This document shows, piece after piece, positions 11,149-20,479 of a stretch of 64,000 nucleotides of DNA. The notes beneath the pieces were generated by a model, which was not told the DNA's origin, ran no database searches, and saw only the letters and a list, made by a program, of their open reading frames with translations. This DNA comes from a virus (Duplodnaviria; Caudoviricetes): IMG/VR virus record IMGVR_UViG_3300022602_000025; one strand, given 5' to 3'. How positions within the stretch are numbered: the stretch's first letter is position 1; the number at the start of each line of letters is the position of its first letter. A program made the translations under genes and the position numbers.

Positions 11149-11910
11149 ATGGGAATTAATATAAACACATCTATCGTTACAAATGGATTAACTCTTTGTA
11201 TTGATCCTGCAAATGCTAAATCTTACAACTATTATGGTAATGCAAATACATCTACCTATTTAGATTTAGGTCCATTAGGACTTAATGCAAGTTTAGTTAA
11301 CGGTGCAAAGTACGATAATACATCAACAGGAATTCCAAGTTTTTATTTTAACGGAACAAATAACTACGTATCCATGAATGGTTCTGCTGATTCATTAGCA
11401 TGGACTCCGTTAGGATCAATTGGACAAAGCTCATTCACTTTAGAAGTTTGGGTTAAAACAACAGATGCTCTAGGATACATCATTAGTAAACCGTGGAACG
11501 CAACAGGAGGCTACAACTATTATGTTGCTGGTAATGGTATGACGGTAGCTCCAGTGAATCAATCATTTGAACTAGGTAGTTCTTTAACTATGGGATCAAC
11601 ATATTACAACGGATCTATACATCAGTTAGTAATTTGGATCAGCCCTACACAGTTTGGATATTATCTAGATGGCGGCTACGGTGAACAAGCTTCTGCAGCC
11701 CACGGGTTTACACAAGATAACCCACTAGGTAGAACTGATTCGCAGATTCCGCTAACAATAATGACAGAATATCCATATCCTGGTTTTGGTGGTAACTCAG
11801 CATTATCAATCCAAGGAAATGTATTTTCAATAAAAGCATACAACAGAGTATTAGCGCCAGCTGAAATACAGCAAAACTTTAATGCTCTTAGATCAAGGTT
11901 TGGTCTATGA
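11149..11910 (+). CDS. Concanavalin A-like lectin/glucanase (LamG) domain virion protein
   Basis: IVTNGLTLCID.AN..SY start, FYFNGTNNYV, FTLEVWVKT, and the IKAYNRVLAPAEIQQNFNA ending typical of phage LamG proteins. Confidence 0.8.
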   Translation: MGININTSIVTNGLTLCIDPANAKSYNYYGNANTSTYLDLGPLGLNASLVNGAKYDNTSTGIPSFYFNGTNNYVSMNGSADSLAWTPLGSIGQSSFTLEVWVKTTDALGYIISKPWNATGGYNYYVAGNGMTVAPVNQSFELGSSLTMGSTYYNGSIHQLVIWISPTQFGYYLDGGYGEQASAAHGFTQDNPLGRTDSQIPLTIMTEYPYPGFGGNSALSIQGNVFSIKAYNRVLAPAEIQQNFNALRSRFGL

Positions 11911-11984
11911 GAGTAATTAATGTTGGGCTACAAGCGGTTTTGCCCAGCGAATAAATATTGGTAATATTGTAGAAAAAGAAAACT

Positions 11985-14900
11985 ATGGCCTTAAACGACA
12001 AAAATATTTTAATAACTCCTAACTCAGGATCAAGCACAGTTGATCCAAGTATCCAGTTTGTGGGTGCAAATACAGCTACCAGCGCAACTGTTACAGTTAG
12101 AGTTTACCCTACCAACAGCGGTACCTTATCTGTTGAAGGAAGTTTAGGCCAGTTACTATCGCTTTCAAACAGCTTCACAGGAACATTCTTTAGTGTTAAC
12201 GACATTTCAGGTATTCCAAGTATTACTGTAGCAGATAGCGGGTTAGTACAACTTACTCCATACGGTGGACAAGTTACCGTAGGCGGCACAGCAAACTCTA
12301 CAAGCACAACTACAGGTGCTTTAACAGTAGCTGGCGGACTTGGCATCGGTCAAAACTTATGGGTAGGCGGAAATGCCACCGTTGTCGGTACATTGTTTGC
12401 TGCGATCAGCGGTAGTGTAACTACAGCAACTAATATCCAAAATGGTGGACAAGGTCAAATACCCTTCCAAGTTAATCCGGGTGTTACAAGTTTCTTTGGT
12501 CCAGGAGTAGCAGGACAACTATTAGTTTCAGCAGGGACAACTTCAACTGGTCCTGTGTTTACAACAACTTCTAGTATATTTGTTGGGTATGCGAATACTT
12601 CGAATATTGCAACAAATATCGCAGGTGGATTACCTAATCAAATTCATTACCAGTCATCAACTGGTACAACTTCATTCATTGTTGCTCCAACAATTTCTAG
12701 CACATACTTGTTCTGGAACGGAACTTCATTTAGCTGGACAAATAATCTTCCAGGAACAACTAGCACATTCGTAATTAACAACGCCACACAAAGCGTTGGA
12801 ACAAACTCGGGTGCTCTACAGATTGTTAATGGTGGTGCTGGCATTGGCGGCAACATCAATGTTGGTGGTAGTGGTCGTGTTACAGGTAACTTTACAGTTA
12901 CCAGCACATTAACAGCCGCTAGCGCATTTTCTGCAGCATTAACTGTAGGTGGTGGTATTGCTGTTGGCGACAACATGTATATCGCTAACGGATTGAATGT
13001 TGGTGGAAACGCATTAATCACAGGCAACTTAACTGTTAACGGAACAGCAACTTACGTATATTCAACAAATACATATTTTACTGATAACATAATTGAACTA
13101 CATGTTCCACCAGGTGGCGTAGGTAGTACATGGTCAGTAGATGATGGCAAAGACATCGGTCTTCGTTTCCATTATTACGGTAGTGGCGCAGATCAAAACG
13201 GTGCATTAGTATTAACTGACAGTAACAAATATCTAACATGGTTTTCAACTGGATATGAAAATACAGCCAGTGATTTTACAGGTGCAACATACGGATTCTT
13301 TAAAGCAGGCGCATTAATTGCTGCGAACCCAAGTAACGCAATTGGTACTACTGGTTCAGGTGCCCTACAAGTAGCAGGTGGTGCTGGCATTGGCCTAGAC
13401 CTATGGGTTGGTGGCACAATCTACGCAAATAATTCTGTTGTATTAACAGCGGCTACACTAGGTAACTATGGTATCGCACAAATTGTTGCAGGTACTGACA
13501 CAGCCGTAAGTACAGCCACTGGTGCTGTTACAATATGGAACACAAGTACATTACAGTCAATTACTAATCGTGGCGCAACAACTACTAACATAATCACTAT
13601 TGCAAATAACTCGCCGCTGAACGTTAATTCATCAGCATCTGGTGCGTTAGTAGTACAAGGCGGCCAAACTATTTTAGATAGTTTGTTAGTTGGTAACTCA
13701 GTATATGTTAAAAATACTGTAACATCTATTGCAGGGTTCTTTGGAAACTTAACAGGTATTGCTTCAACAGCAACAAATTTACAAGGCGGTACAGTTGGTC
13801 AAATACCTTATCAATCTTCAATCGGTGTTACTAACTTCTTTGGTCCTGGTACATTAGGACAAATATTAACCAGCGGTGGCGCAGGAACTCCTGTATATGT
13901 TAGCACAGGCAACATTTATGTAGGTTATGCAACATCAGCAACTACCATCATGGGTGGTACAGCTGGTGCATTATTGTATCAATCTACATTTAATCAAACT
14001 TCATTCTTAGGTATCGGTACTAACGGTACTATTTTAACATCAAATGGTTCAAATCCACAATGGACATCAATCAGTGGACTAAGTGCAGGTACAGCAAATA
14101 CCGCAACTAATATCGCTAATGGCGGTCCTGGACAGATACCATTCCAGCTTTCCGCAGGTTCAACTAGTTTCGTAGGTACAGGCACAGCGGGTCAACTGTT
14201 AATGAGCAGTGGCACAAGCGGTCCATCATTTGTTAACACCAGCGGAATTTATGTCGGTTATTCAAATAACTCAATCAATTCAGTAAACCTTGTTGGCGGA
14301 ACAGCAGGACAATTACCTTATCAAGTTACACCAGGTGTAACTAGTTTTACTGGCCCTGGTACATCGGGTCAATTATTATCTAGTAACGGAACATCAGCAC
14401 CGACTTATGTAACTACTACAACATTATATGTTGGTTCAGCACTATACGCTAACCAACTATACGGTGGACAAGCAGGTGCATTGGTATTACAAACAGCATC
14501 TAGCCAAACAGGATTCTTAGCTGCTGGATCAACCGGTTCAATACTAGTAAGTGTTGGACCTAACTCAAGTCCAGCTTATACAACTACAGCAAATATCTAT
14601 GTTAATAGTGCTGTAAACTCACAGAATTTAATTGGTGGCTCTACTGGCGCATTACCTTATCAGTCTGCTCCAAACACTACATCATTCCTAAGTATTGGTA
14701 CTAACGGATATGTACTAACATCGTCTGGAACTGGCCCAACATGGCAATCAGTTAGCGGATTATCAGCAGGTTCTGCAAGCACAGCAAGTAATATTGCGGG
14801 CGGTACAACAGGACAAATAGTATATCAAACAAACACTGGATCAACTAGCTTTGCTGGTCCAGGTACACTAGGTCAATTATTAGTTTCACAAGGCGCAAAC

Positions 14901-17900
14901 ATAGCAGGTCCATTGTTTGTTAACACTGGTTCAATTATGGTTGGTGCCGCTACAACTGCAACTAATATTGCAGGTGGTGGACTACAACAGATTGTATATC
15001 AATCAAGTGCAGGTCAAACTGGCTTTATTGGTCCAGCAACCGCAGGTAACATTTTAGTTTCAGCAGGTACATTAGGACCTCCTGTGTTTACAAACACAGG
15101 TACATTCCAGGTTGGTTACTCACAGTACACTAACTATGTACTAGGCGGAACAGCAGGTCAACTAATATATCAAAGTTCACCTAACGTAACAGCATTTATT
15201 GGCCCAGGAACATTAGGTCAACTATTAGTATCTGCTGGTACAAGCGCACCTAACTATCAAAATACAAATACATTCCGTGTAGGATTTGCTGATACATCAA
15301 CTAACCTTGCTGGCGGTGTAGGTGGTGCGATACCTTATCAATCAGCTGTTGGCGCAACAACATTCTTGAACATTGGTACTAACGGATATGTATTAACCAG
15401 CAATGGTTCAACTCCGACATGGCAAGCACTAAGTGGCTTAGCATCAGGTAGTGCAACTAGCGCAACAAATATTTCAGGCGGTTCAACTGGACAAGTTCCA
15501 TTCCAGACAGGCGCAGGTTCAACTAACTTCTTTGGCCCAGGCACAGCAGGACAGCTATTAATAAGCCAAGGTGCAAGCACATTAGGTCCAGTATTCACAA
15601 GCACATCAACAATTTTAGTTGGTGCAGCTGTAACAGCAACTAATATTTCTAGCGGTACTAATGGTCAACTAGTTTATCAAATCAGCACAGGTACTACAGG
15701 ATTTGTAGGCCCTGGCGCACAAGGACAACTACTAGTCAGCAATGGCGCACTAGGCCCAGTCTACACCAATACTTCAAGTATTATGGTGCAGAATGCTACA
15801 CTGGCAACAAACATCATCGGTGGTAATGCAGGTGCGATACTGTATCAAAATGCAACTAACGCAACTACATCATTACCATTAGGTACATTAAATTATGTGT
15901 TGACCGCAGGATCATCTGCACCACAATGGACAGCGATTGGTACATTAACAGCAGGTCAAGCAAGCACAGCGTCTAACATAGCAGGTGGCGGTAACAACCA
16001 ACTGATCTACCAAGTAAGTTCTGGTGTAACTAGTTTCGTAACTTCAGGTACAGCAGGACAGCTATTAATTTCAGCAGGCGGAGCAAGTTCTCCTACATGG
16101 GCAGGTCCTGGTACAACAGGACAACTACTGGTATCACAAGGTACAAGTGCTCCATTATATACAACAACATCTAGCATATTTGTTGGTTACGCAAATACAT
16201 CAAACGTTTCTACAAATATTGCAGGTGGTACAGCAGGTGCATTGGTTGTTCAAACAGGTACAGGTCAGACAACATTTGTTCCAATTGGTCTAGCAGGACA
16301 AGTTCTTGCTGTTAATCCAGGTGCAACAGCACCAATATGGCAATACCTAAGTGGTTTATCAGCAGGTTATGCTACAACAGCCACTAACTTAGCTAACGGT
16401 GCCGCTGGACAGATTCCATGGCAATCAGCCGTTGGTTTAACTAGCTTTACCTCAGCAGGTACCACAGGACAATTATTATACAGTAACGGTACGAGCGCAC
16501 CAAGTTGGGTTCCAACAAGCACAGCAGGTAACGTATTAACTAGCCAAGGTGCTGCGGCTCCTGCATATCAAAATACAATGACCTTATCAGGATCAGTAGT
16601 AAGTACTAGCCCATTAACTGGTGTACTAACTATTCCTAACGGTGGTTTAGGTGTTGGCGGTGCAATTACTCTTAACGGTAACTTACAGTTCTATACAGCA
16701 GGTGTGATCCAAACACAGGGCGCAACTGCTATCAATATTGACACAAGTCAACGTACAGGTTTTGGTACAGCAAGTCCGACAGAAAAAGTTGTAGTTACTG
16801 GATCAGGTAATAACCTATTAGTTGGTAGTAACTCTGCAGGTACACCAGGTGCATGGAGAGTAACAACTAGCAACTCAGGTGGCTCAGTAAGTCCAGTTTC
16901 AGTAAGAAATGAATTTGGTACTGATGGTACAGGTTGGCAATGGCGCTTGGCTAAAAACCAAGGCGGCACAATTACTGATTACATCACTGTACAAGATAAC
17001 GGTACTATTGGTTTATTCACAACTAGCCCTTCATACAACTTAGACCTTACAGGTAGTGCTCGTATTACAGGTAACTTAACTGTACAAGGTACGATTAACG
17101 CAAGTATTACTGGACAATCAACAACAGCTACTAACTTAGCAGGCGGTACAGCAGGACAGCTAGTATGGCAATCTGCAAGCGGCGTAACAGCATTTGCAGG
17201 CCCAGGTACAGCAGGTCAAGTATTATTAAGTAACGGTACTAGCGGTCCGGTTTATACAAATACAGCCAGCATCTATGTAAACTCTGCGGTAAACGCACAG
17301 ACAATTATTGGTGGCGCTGCAAACCAGATAAATTATCAAACAGGTGCAGGTGCAACATCATTTATCACAGCACCTACAGTAACAGGTACATACTTACAAT
17401 GGAACGGAAGTACATTTGTATGGAACTCTGTTGCAGGTGGATCAAGTACAGCAACTAACGTAGCTGGCGGTACAACTGGTCAGATTCTTTATCAAAGTGC
17501 CGCAGGTACAACAAACTTTGCAGGCCCAGGTACAGCAGGTCAAATACTAGTATCGCAGGGTGCAAGTGCTGCAGGTCCAATATACACTAACACATCAAGC
17601 ATCTATGTTGGTTACTCTGCTTATTCACAAAACGTGTTTGGCGGTACTTCAGGTAACTTAGTATATCAATCAGCAGCCAACACTACAGCATTTGTACCAA
17701 CTGGTGCAAGTGGTACATTATTAACAGGTAACACTGGTGCAGCTCCTAGCTTTGTGTCAACATCAAGCATTTATGTAGGTGCCGCACAGTATTCTAATAA
17801 CTTATTAGCAGGATCAGTAGGACAAGTTCCGTATCAAACATCTGGTAGCCAAACAGGATTCTTTGGTCCAGGTACAGCGGGCCAGTTATTGATGAGCCAA

Positions 17901-18290
17901 GGTGCTACAGCCCCTGCTTATGTAAGTACATCAAACATTTATGTAAACAGTTCTGTATTAGCTGAAACAATACGTAACGGTGCAACTAACCAGATTCTTT
18001 ACCAAAGTGCTGCGAATACCACAGCATTCATGACTGCCCCAACAAACGGCACATGGTTAGAGTACTTCTCAAGTGGTGGATTTACATGGAACACAATTGG
18101 CGCTAGTTTCCACGGGCTATATATTGATACAGACGGCAATTTACAGTACGACGTGTTTAATTCGGCCTCTGGTGCAGTGTCGATAAATATGAAGAACTAT
18201 GCAACTAGCTGGTTCTCACCATCTAATACATCAGCATATCAGATGGTACAAATTTCAAGTACACAGCAGTTACAGATGAACGTGGTTTAA
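11985..18290 (+). CDS. Giant repeat fibre protein (2101 aa)
   Basis: MALNDKNILITPN start and about 24 copies of a ~45-75-aa ATNIAGGTAGQIPYQ...GPGTxGQLL repeat. It shares a TDNxxxLHVPP..DDGxDIG domain with ORF 2412. Confidence 0.75.
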   Translation: MALNDKNILITPNSGSSTVDPSIQFVGANTATSATVTVRVYPTNSGTLSVEGSLGQLLSLSNSFTGTFFSVNDISGIPSITVADSGLVQLTPYGGQVTVGGTANSTSTTTGALTVAGGLGIGQNLWVGGNATVVGTLFAAISGSVTTATNIQNGGQGQIPFQVNPGVTSFFGPGVAGQLLVSAGTTSTGPVFTTTSSIFVGYANTSNIATNIAGGLPNQIHYQSSTGTTSFIVAPTISSTYLFWNGTSFSWTNNLPGTTSTFVINNATQSVGTNSGALQIVNGGAGIGGNINVGGSGRVTGNFTVTSTLTAASAFSAALTVGGGIAVGDNMYIANGLNVGGNALITGNLTVNGTATYVYSTNTYFTDNIIELHVPPGGVGSTWSVDDGKDIGLRFHYYGSGADQNGALVLTDSNKYLTWFSTGYENTASDFTGATYGFFKAGALIAANPSNAIGTTGSGALQVAGGAGIGLDLWVGGTIYANNSVVLTAATLGNYGIAQIVAGTDTAVSTATGAVTIWNTSTLQSITNRGATTTNIITIANNSPLNVNSSASGALVVQGGQTILDSLLVGNSVYVKNTVTSIAGFFGNLTGIASTATNLQGGTVGQIPYQSSIGVTNFFGPGTLGQILTSGGAGTPVYVSTGNIYVGYATSATTIMGGTAGALLYQSTFNQTSFLGIGTNGTILTSNGSNPQWTSISGLSAGTANTATNIANGGPGQIPFQLSAGSTSFVGTGTAGQLLMSSGTSGPSFVNTSGIYVGYSNNSINSVNLVGGTAGQLPYQVTPGVTSFTGPGTSGQLLSSNGTSAPTYVTTTTLYVGSALYANQLYGGQAGALVLQTASSQTGFLAAGSTGSILVSVGPNSSPAYTTTANIYVNSAVNSQNLIGGSTGALPYQSAPNTTSFLSIGTNGYVLTSSGTGPTWQSVSGLSAGSASTASNIAGGTTGQIVYQTNTGSTSFAGPGTLGQLLVSQGANIAGPLFVNTGSIMVGAATTATNIAGGGLQQIVYQSSAGQTGFIGPATAGNILVSAGTLGPPVFTNTGTFQVGYSQYTNYVLGGTAGQLIYQSSPNVTAFIGPGTLGQLLVSAGTSAPNYQNTNTFRVGFADTSTNLAGGVGGAIPYQSAVGATTFLNIGTNGYVLTSNGSTPTWQALSGLASGSATSATNISGGSTGQVPFQTGAGSTNFFGPGTAGQLLISQGASTLGPVFTSTSTILVGAAVTATNISSGTNGQLVYQISTGTTGFVGPGAQGQLLVSNGALGPVYTNTSSIMVQNATLATNIIGGNAGAILYQNATNATTSLPLGTLNYVLTAGSSAPQWTAIGTLTAGQASTASNIAGGGNNQLIYQVSSGVTSFVTSGTAGQLLISAGGASSPTWAGPGTTGQLLVSQGTSAPLYTTTSSIFVGYANTSNVSTNIAGGTAGALVVQTGTGQTTFVPIGLAGQVLAVNPGATAPIWQYLSGLSAGYATTATNLANGAAGQIPWQSAVGLTSFTSAGTTGQLLYSNGTSAPSWVPTSTAGNVLTSQGAAAPAYQNTMTLSGSVVSTSPLTGVLTIPNGGLGVGGAITLNGNLQFYTAGVIQTQGATAINIDTSQRTGFGTASPTEKVVVTGSGNNLLVGSNSAGTPGAWRVTTSNSGGSVSPVSVRNEFGTDGTGWQWRLAKNQGGTITDYITVQDNGTIGLFTTSPSYNLDLTGSARITGNLTVQGTINASITGQSTTATNLAGGTAGQLVWQSASGVTAFAGPGTAGQVLLSNGTSGPVYTNTASIYVNSAVNAQTIIGGAANQINYQTGAGATSFITAPTVTGTYLQWNGSTFVWNSVAGGSSTATNVAGGTTGQILYQSAAGTTNFAGPGTAGQILVSQGASAAGPIYTNTSSIYVGYSAYSQNVFGGTSGNLVYQSAANTTAFVPTGASGTLLTGNTGAAPSFVSTSSIYVGAAQYSNNLLAGSVGQVPYQTSGSQTGFFGPGTAGQLLMSQGATAPAYVSTSNIYVNSSVLAETIRNGATNQILYQSAANTTAFMTAPTNGTWLEYFSSGGFTWNTIGASFHGLYIDTDGNLQYDVFNSASGAVSINMKNYATSWFSPSNTSAYQMVQISSTQQLQMNVV
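12420..18090 (+). repeat. Protein-level tandem repeat array (~24 units, interrupted by non-repeat fibre segments)
   Basis: Counted by hand in the translation. Units begin xATNIxGG and contain [QA][IL]x[YFW]Q. The DNA copies are diverged, largely at synonymous sites. Confidence 0.85.
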
Positions 18291-18302
18291 TTAAGGTAAA
18301 AA

Positions 18303-20474
18303 ATGTCAACAAACTTAGGAAAAGTTCGATACAATTTTAAAGGTCAGTGGGTAAGTACAACAGCTTATTTGGTTAACGATATCGTCAACTACAAGCAACG
18401 TGTTTATCGTTGCATCACAGCAAATACAAACTTAGTTCCTTTATCTTACATTGGTTCTTATTGGGAGCTTAGCCTAGGCACATTTGAAGATCAGGGTTTA
18501 TATAACAATAGTACACAATATTATGTGGGTGATATCGTTACAGTTGATAACTCTCCTACAGTTAACGCAGGTGTCGGTGGTTATACCGGTTCGCCGAGAC
18601 AGTTTGTTTCAACGACTACAGACGGTGCGTACCTATCAAATCCTATCAACGTTTATATCTGTATTGCAAATACCTTAGGAAATGCACCAGCGAACCCTAG
18701 TTCAGGTGGTACAGCATATTGGCAACCAATGAGTATGAGCGGCCAATACGGTAGAAATAATAAAGCATTCGCATGGAACTCAAATAGAGGCTATGTACCT
18801 GCAGGAATTTATACTAACACAGCAAATCAAGGTTGGCCTCCAAACGGTGCTCGTCCGGGGGATAGTTATCAGGACGGCGGATTAGGTCATGCCAAAGATG
18901 GTCAGATCTGTTTCCATGCTAGTTTCATTACTCGTAACGGTGGAGTTATTAAGTGGGGTCGTTCAGATTCAGGAAGCCAAGGTAACGGACAGAACAACTA
19001 TCAGATGTCATTGAGTGAATTAAATTTTGCTTTCAATGAATGGTACGATAATACACTACCTACTCCAGACGGTCTTGCACCTAAGGCAGTACAGTACGAA
19101 GAAGGTTATCAAAACAATCTAGTGTTGTTTAACAACGGCGAAGTTTACGCTTGGGGTTACAATGGTCACGGACAGGGTGGATTTAACTCAACAGCGGCCA
19201 ACCAATATCCAATGCGTGTTGGTAACAATAACAACACAACAATTTTAAGAGGTGTTAAGGCGGTTCGTATCGCTTCAACACACGTCGGCGGCCAAACAGC
19301 TACCGCATGTTCACATTATATTTTAACTTCAAGCGGTACTATATATTCTTGGGGTTACAATGGCTACGGCCAGCTTGGTACAGGTAACACAACAAACTAT
19401 TATGTTCCTACCTTAATTTCAACAGGTGGCCTAAACGGTACTCCTACAGATATTTGGGCATGTGGCGGTGACTACGGCCACTTGTATGTATTAACTAGCA
19501 ACGGATACATGTATGCCTGCGGGTACAACGGTTACGGAGAATTAGGTGTTACCGGTACAACTAACCAATCATTACTAACGTATGTTAACAGAACATGGGG
19601 CACAGGCACTGGTAAGATTAGAAAATTCATAATAGCGGATCGTCAATCAGCCAGTTGGTGTGCTGTATTAGATGCATCAGGATCAATATGGACATGGGGT
19701 TGGAATGGTTATGGGCAATTAGGATTTGATAATACAACAAACTTATCTTCGCCAACACAGATCACATTCCCATTCTCAACAGGTTGGACAAATATTTGGG
19801 CTGGAGCAGGTGCATACCCTAACTTGTGGGCAACAAACTCAAATGCTGCCAATACGACATGGCCAGGATATTCTAACTCAACTAACGCACTTTACTCATG
19901 CGGATACAACGGTTACTATAACCTAGGTCGCTTAGTTACAGTTAACTCAAACTTAACACATGCTAACAACGGTGCATCTGGTTCAGGTGTGCAGTACGAT
20001 ACCTATCGTCTACAACAGGTAAACGTAGAACAACAAAGCGGAACTTCTCCTTACTATCAGATCGTTACTAACGTTTTTAACGTAACTAACTGGGGTAACG
20101 GAGATAATAGCCACCAAGGAACATTGATAGAAACTACTGCTGGCGTAAAATACTACCTAGGATATAACGGTTACGGACATGCGGCATTTGGTCACACTGA
20201 TTCATACCTAGCACGTACACGTGATAGTATTGGTAACGTAGCAAACAACCTAGGTAAACGTTTACGTTATACACCTCCTGGGTTGAACGAACAAGATTTC
20301 TTTATCGTTACTCCTGTAGGTTGGACAAACTATTTTGGTGCTCTATGGGCAGACAAATATGGTTATGTTTACTTTAGTGGTGGCGGAAGCACAGTAGCTT
20401 GGTCAAGTAGTATGGTTGACGTAACTAACCAAACAACTTGGCTAGGAACATTTGGAAAAATACCGGAGTCTTAA
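18303..20474 (+). CDS. RCC1/BLIP-II repeat protein with N-terminal CBM5/12-like modules (723 aa)
   Basis: Multiple WGYNGYGQLG-type RCC1 blades. N-terminal FKGQWVSTTAYLVNDIVNY..RVYRC module. Confidence 0.8.
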   Translation: MSTNLGKVRYNFKGQWVSTTAYLVNDIVNYKQRVYRCITANTNLVPLSYIGSYWELSLGTFEDQGLYNNSTQYYVGDIVTVDNSPTVNAGVGGYTGSPRQFVSTTTDGAYLSNPINVYICIANTLGNAPANPSSGGTAYWQPMSMSGQYGRNNKAFAWNSNRGYVPAGIYTNTANQGWPPNGARPGDSYQDGGLGHAKDGQICFHASFITRNGGVIKWGRSDSGSQGNGQNNYQMSLSELNFAFNEWYDNTLPTPDGLAPKAVQYEEGYQNNLVLFNNGEVYAWGYNGHGQGGFNSTAANQYPMRVGNNNNTTILRGVKAVRIASTHVGGQTATACSHYILTSSGTIYSWGYNGYGQLGTGNTTNYYVPTLISTGGLNGTPTDIWACGGDYGHLYVLTSNGYMYACGYNGYGELGVTGTTNQSLLTYVNRTWGTGTGKIRKFIIADRQSASWCAVLDASGSIWTWGWNGYGQLGFDNTTNLSSPTQITFPFSTGWTNIWAGAGAYPNLWATNSNAANTTWPGYSNSTNALYSCGYNGYYNLGRLVTVNSNLTHANNGASGSGVQYDTYRLQQVNVEQQSGTSPYYQIVTNVFNVTNWGNGDNSHQGTLIETTAGVKYYLGYNGYGHAAFGHTDSYLARTRDSIGNVANNLGKRLRYTPPGLNEQDFFIVTPVGWTNYFGALWADKYGYVYFSGGGSTVAWSSSMVDVTNQTTWLGTFGKIPES

Positions 20475-20479
20475 AATAA

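Noticed and set aside
568-16969. Many 60-190-aa minus-strand ORFs opposite the fibre genes
   Set aside because: They are antisense shadows of Thr/Gly/Val-rich codons (Pro/Val/Thr-rich translations) with no SD, promoter or family motifs.
386-18290. Interpretation as bacterial adhesins, haemagglutinins or autotransporters
   Set aside because: No signal peptides or beta-barrel ends, and the context is a contiguous phage neck/tail/terminase cluster with phage late promoters.
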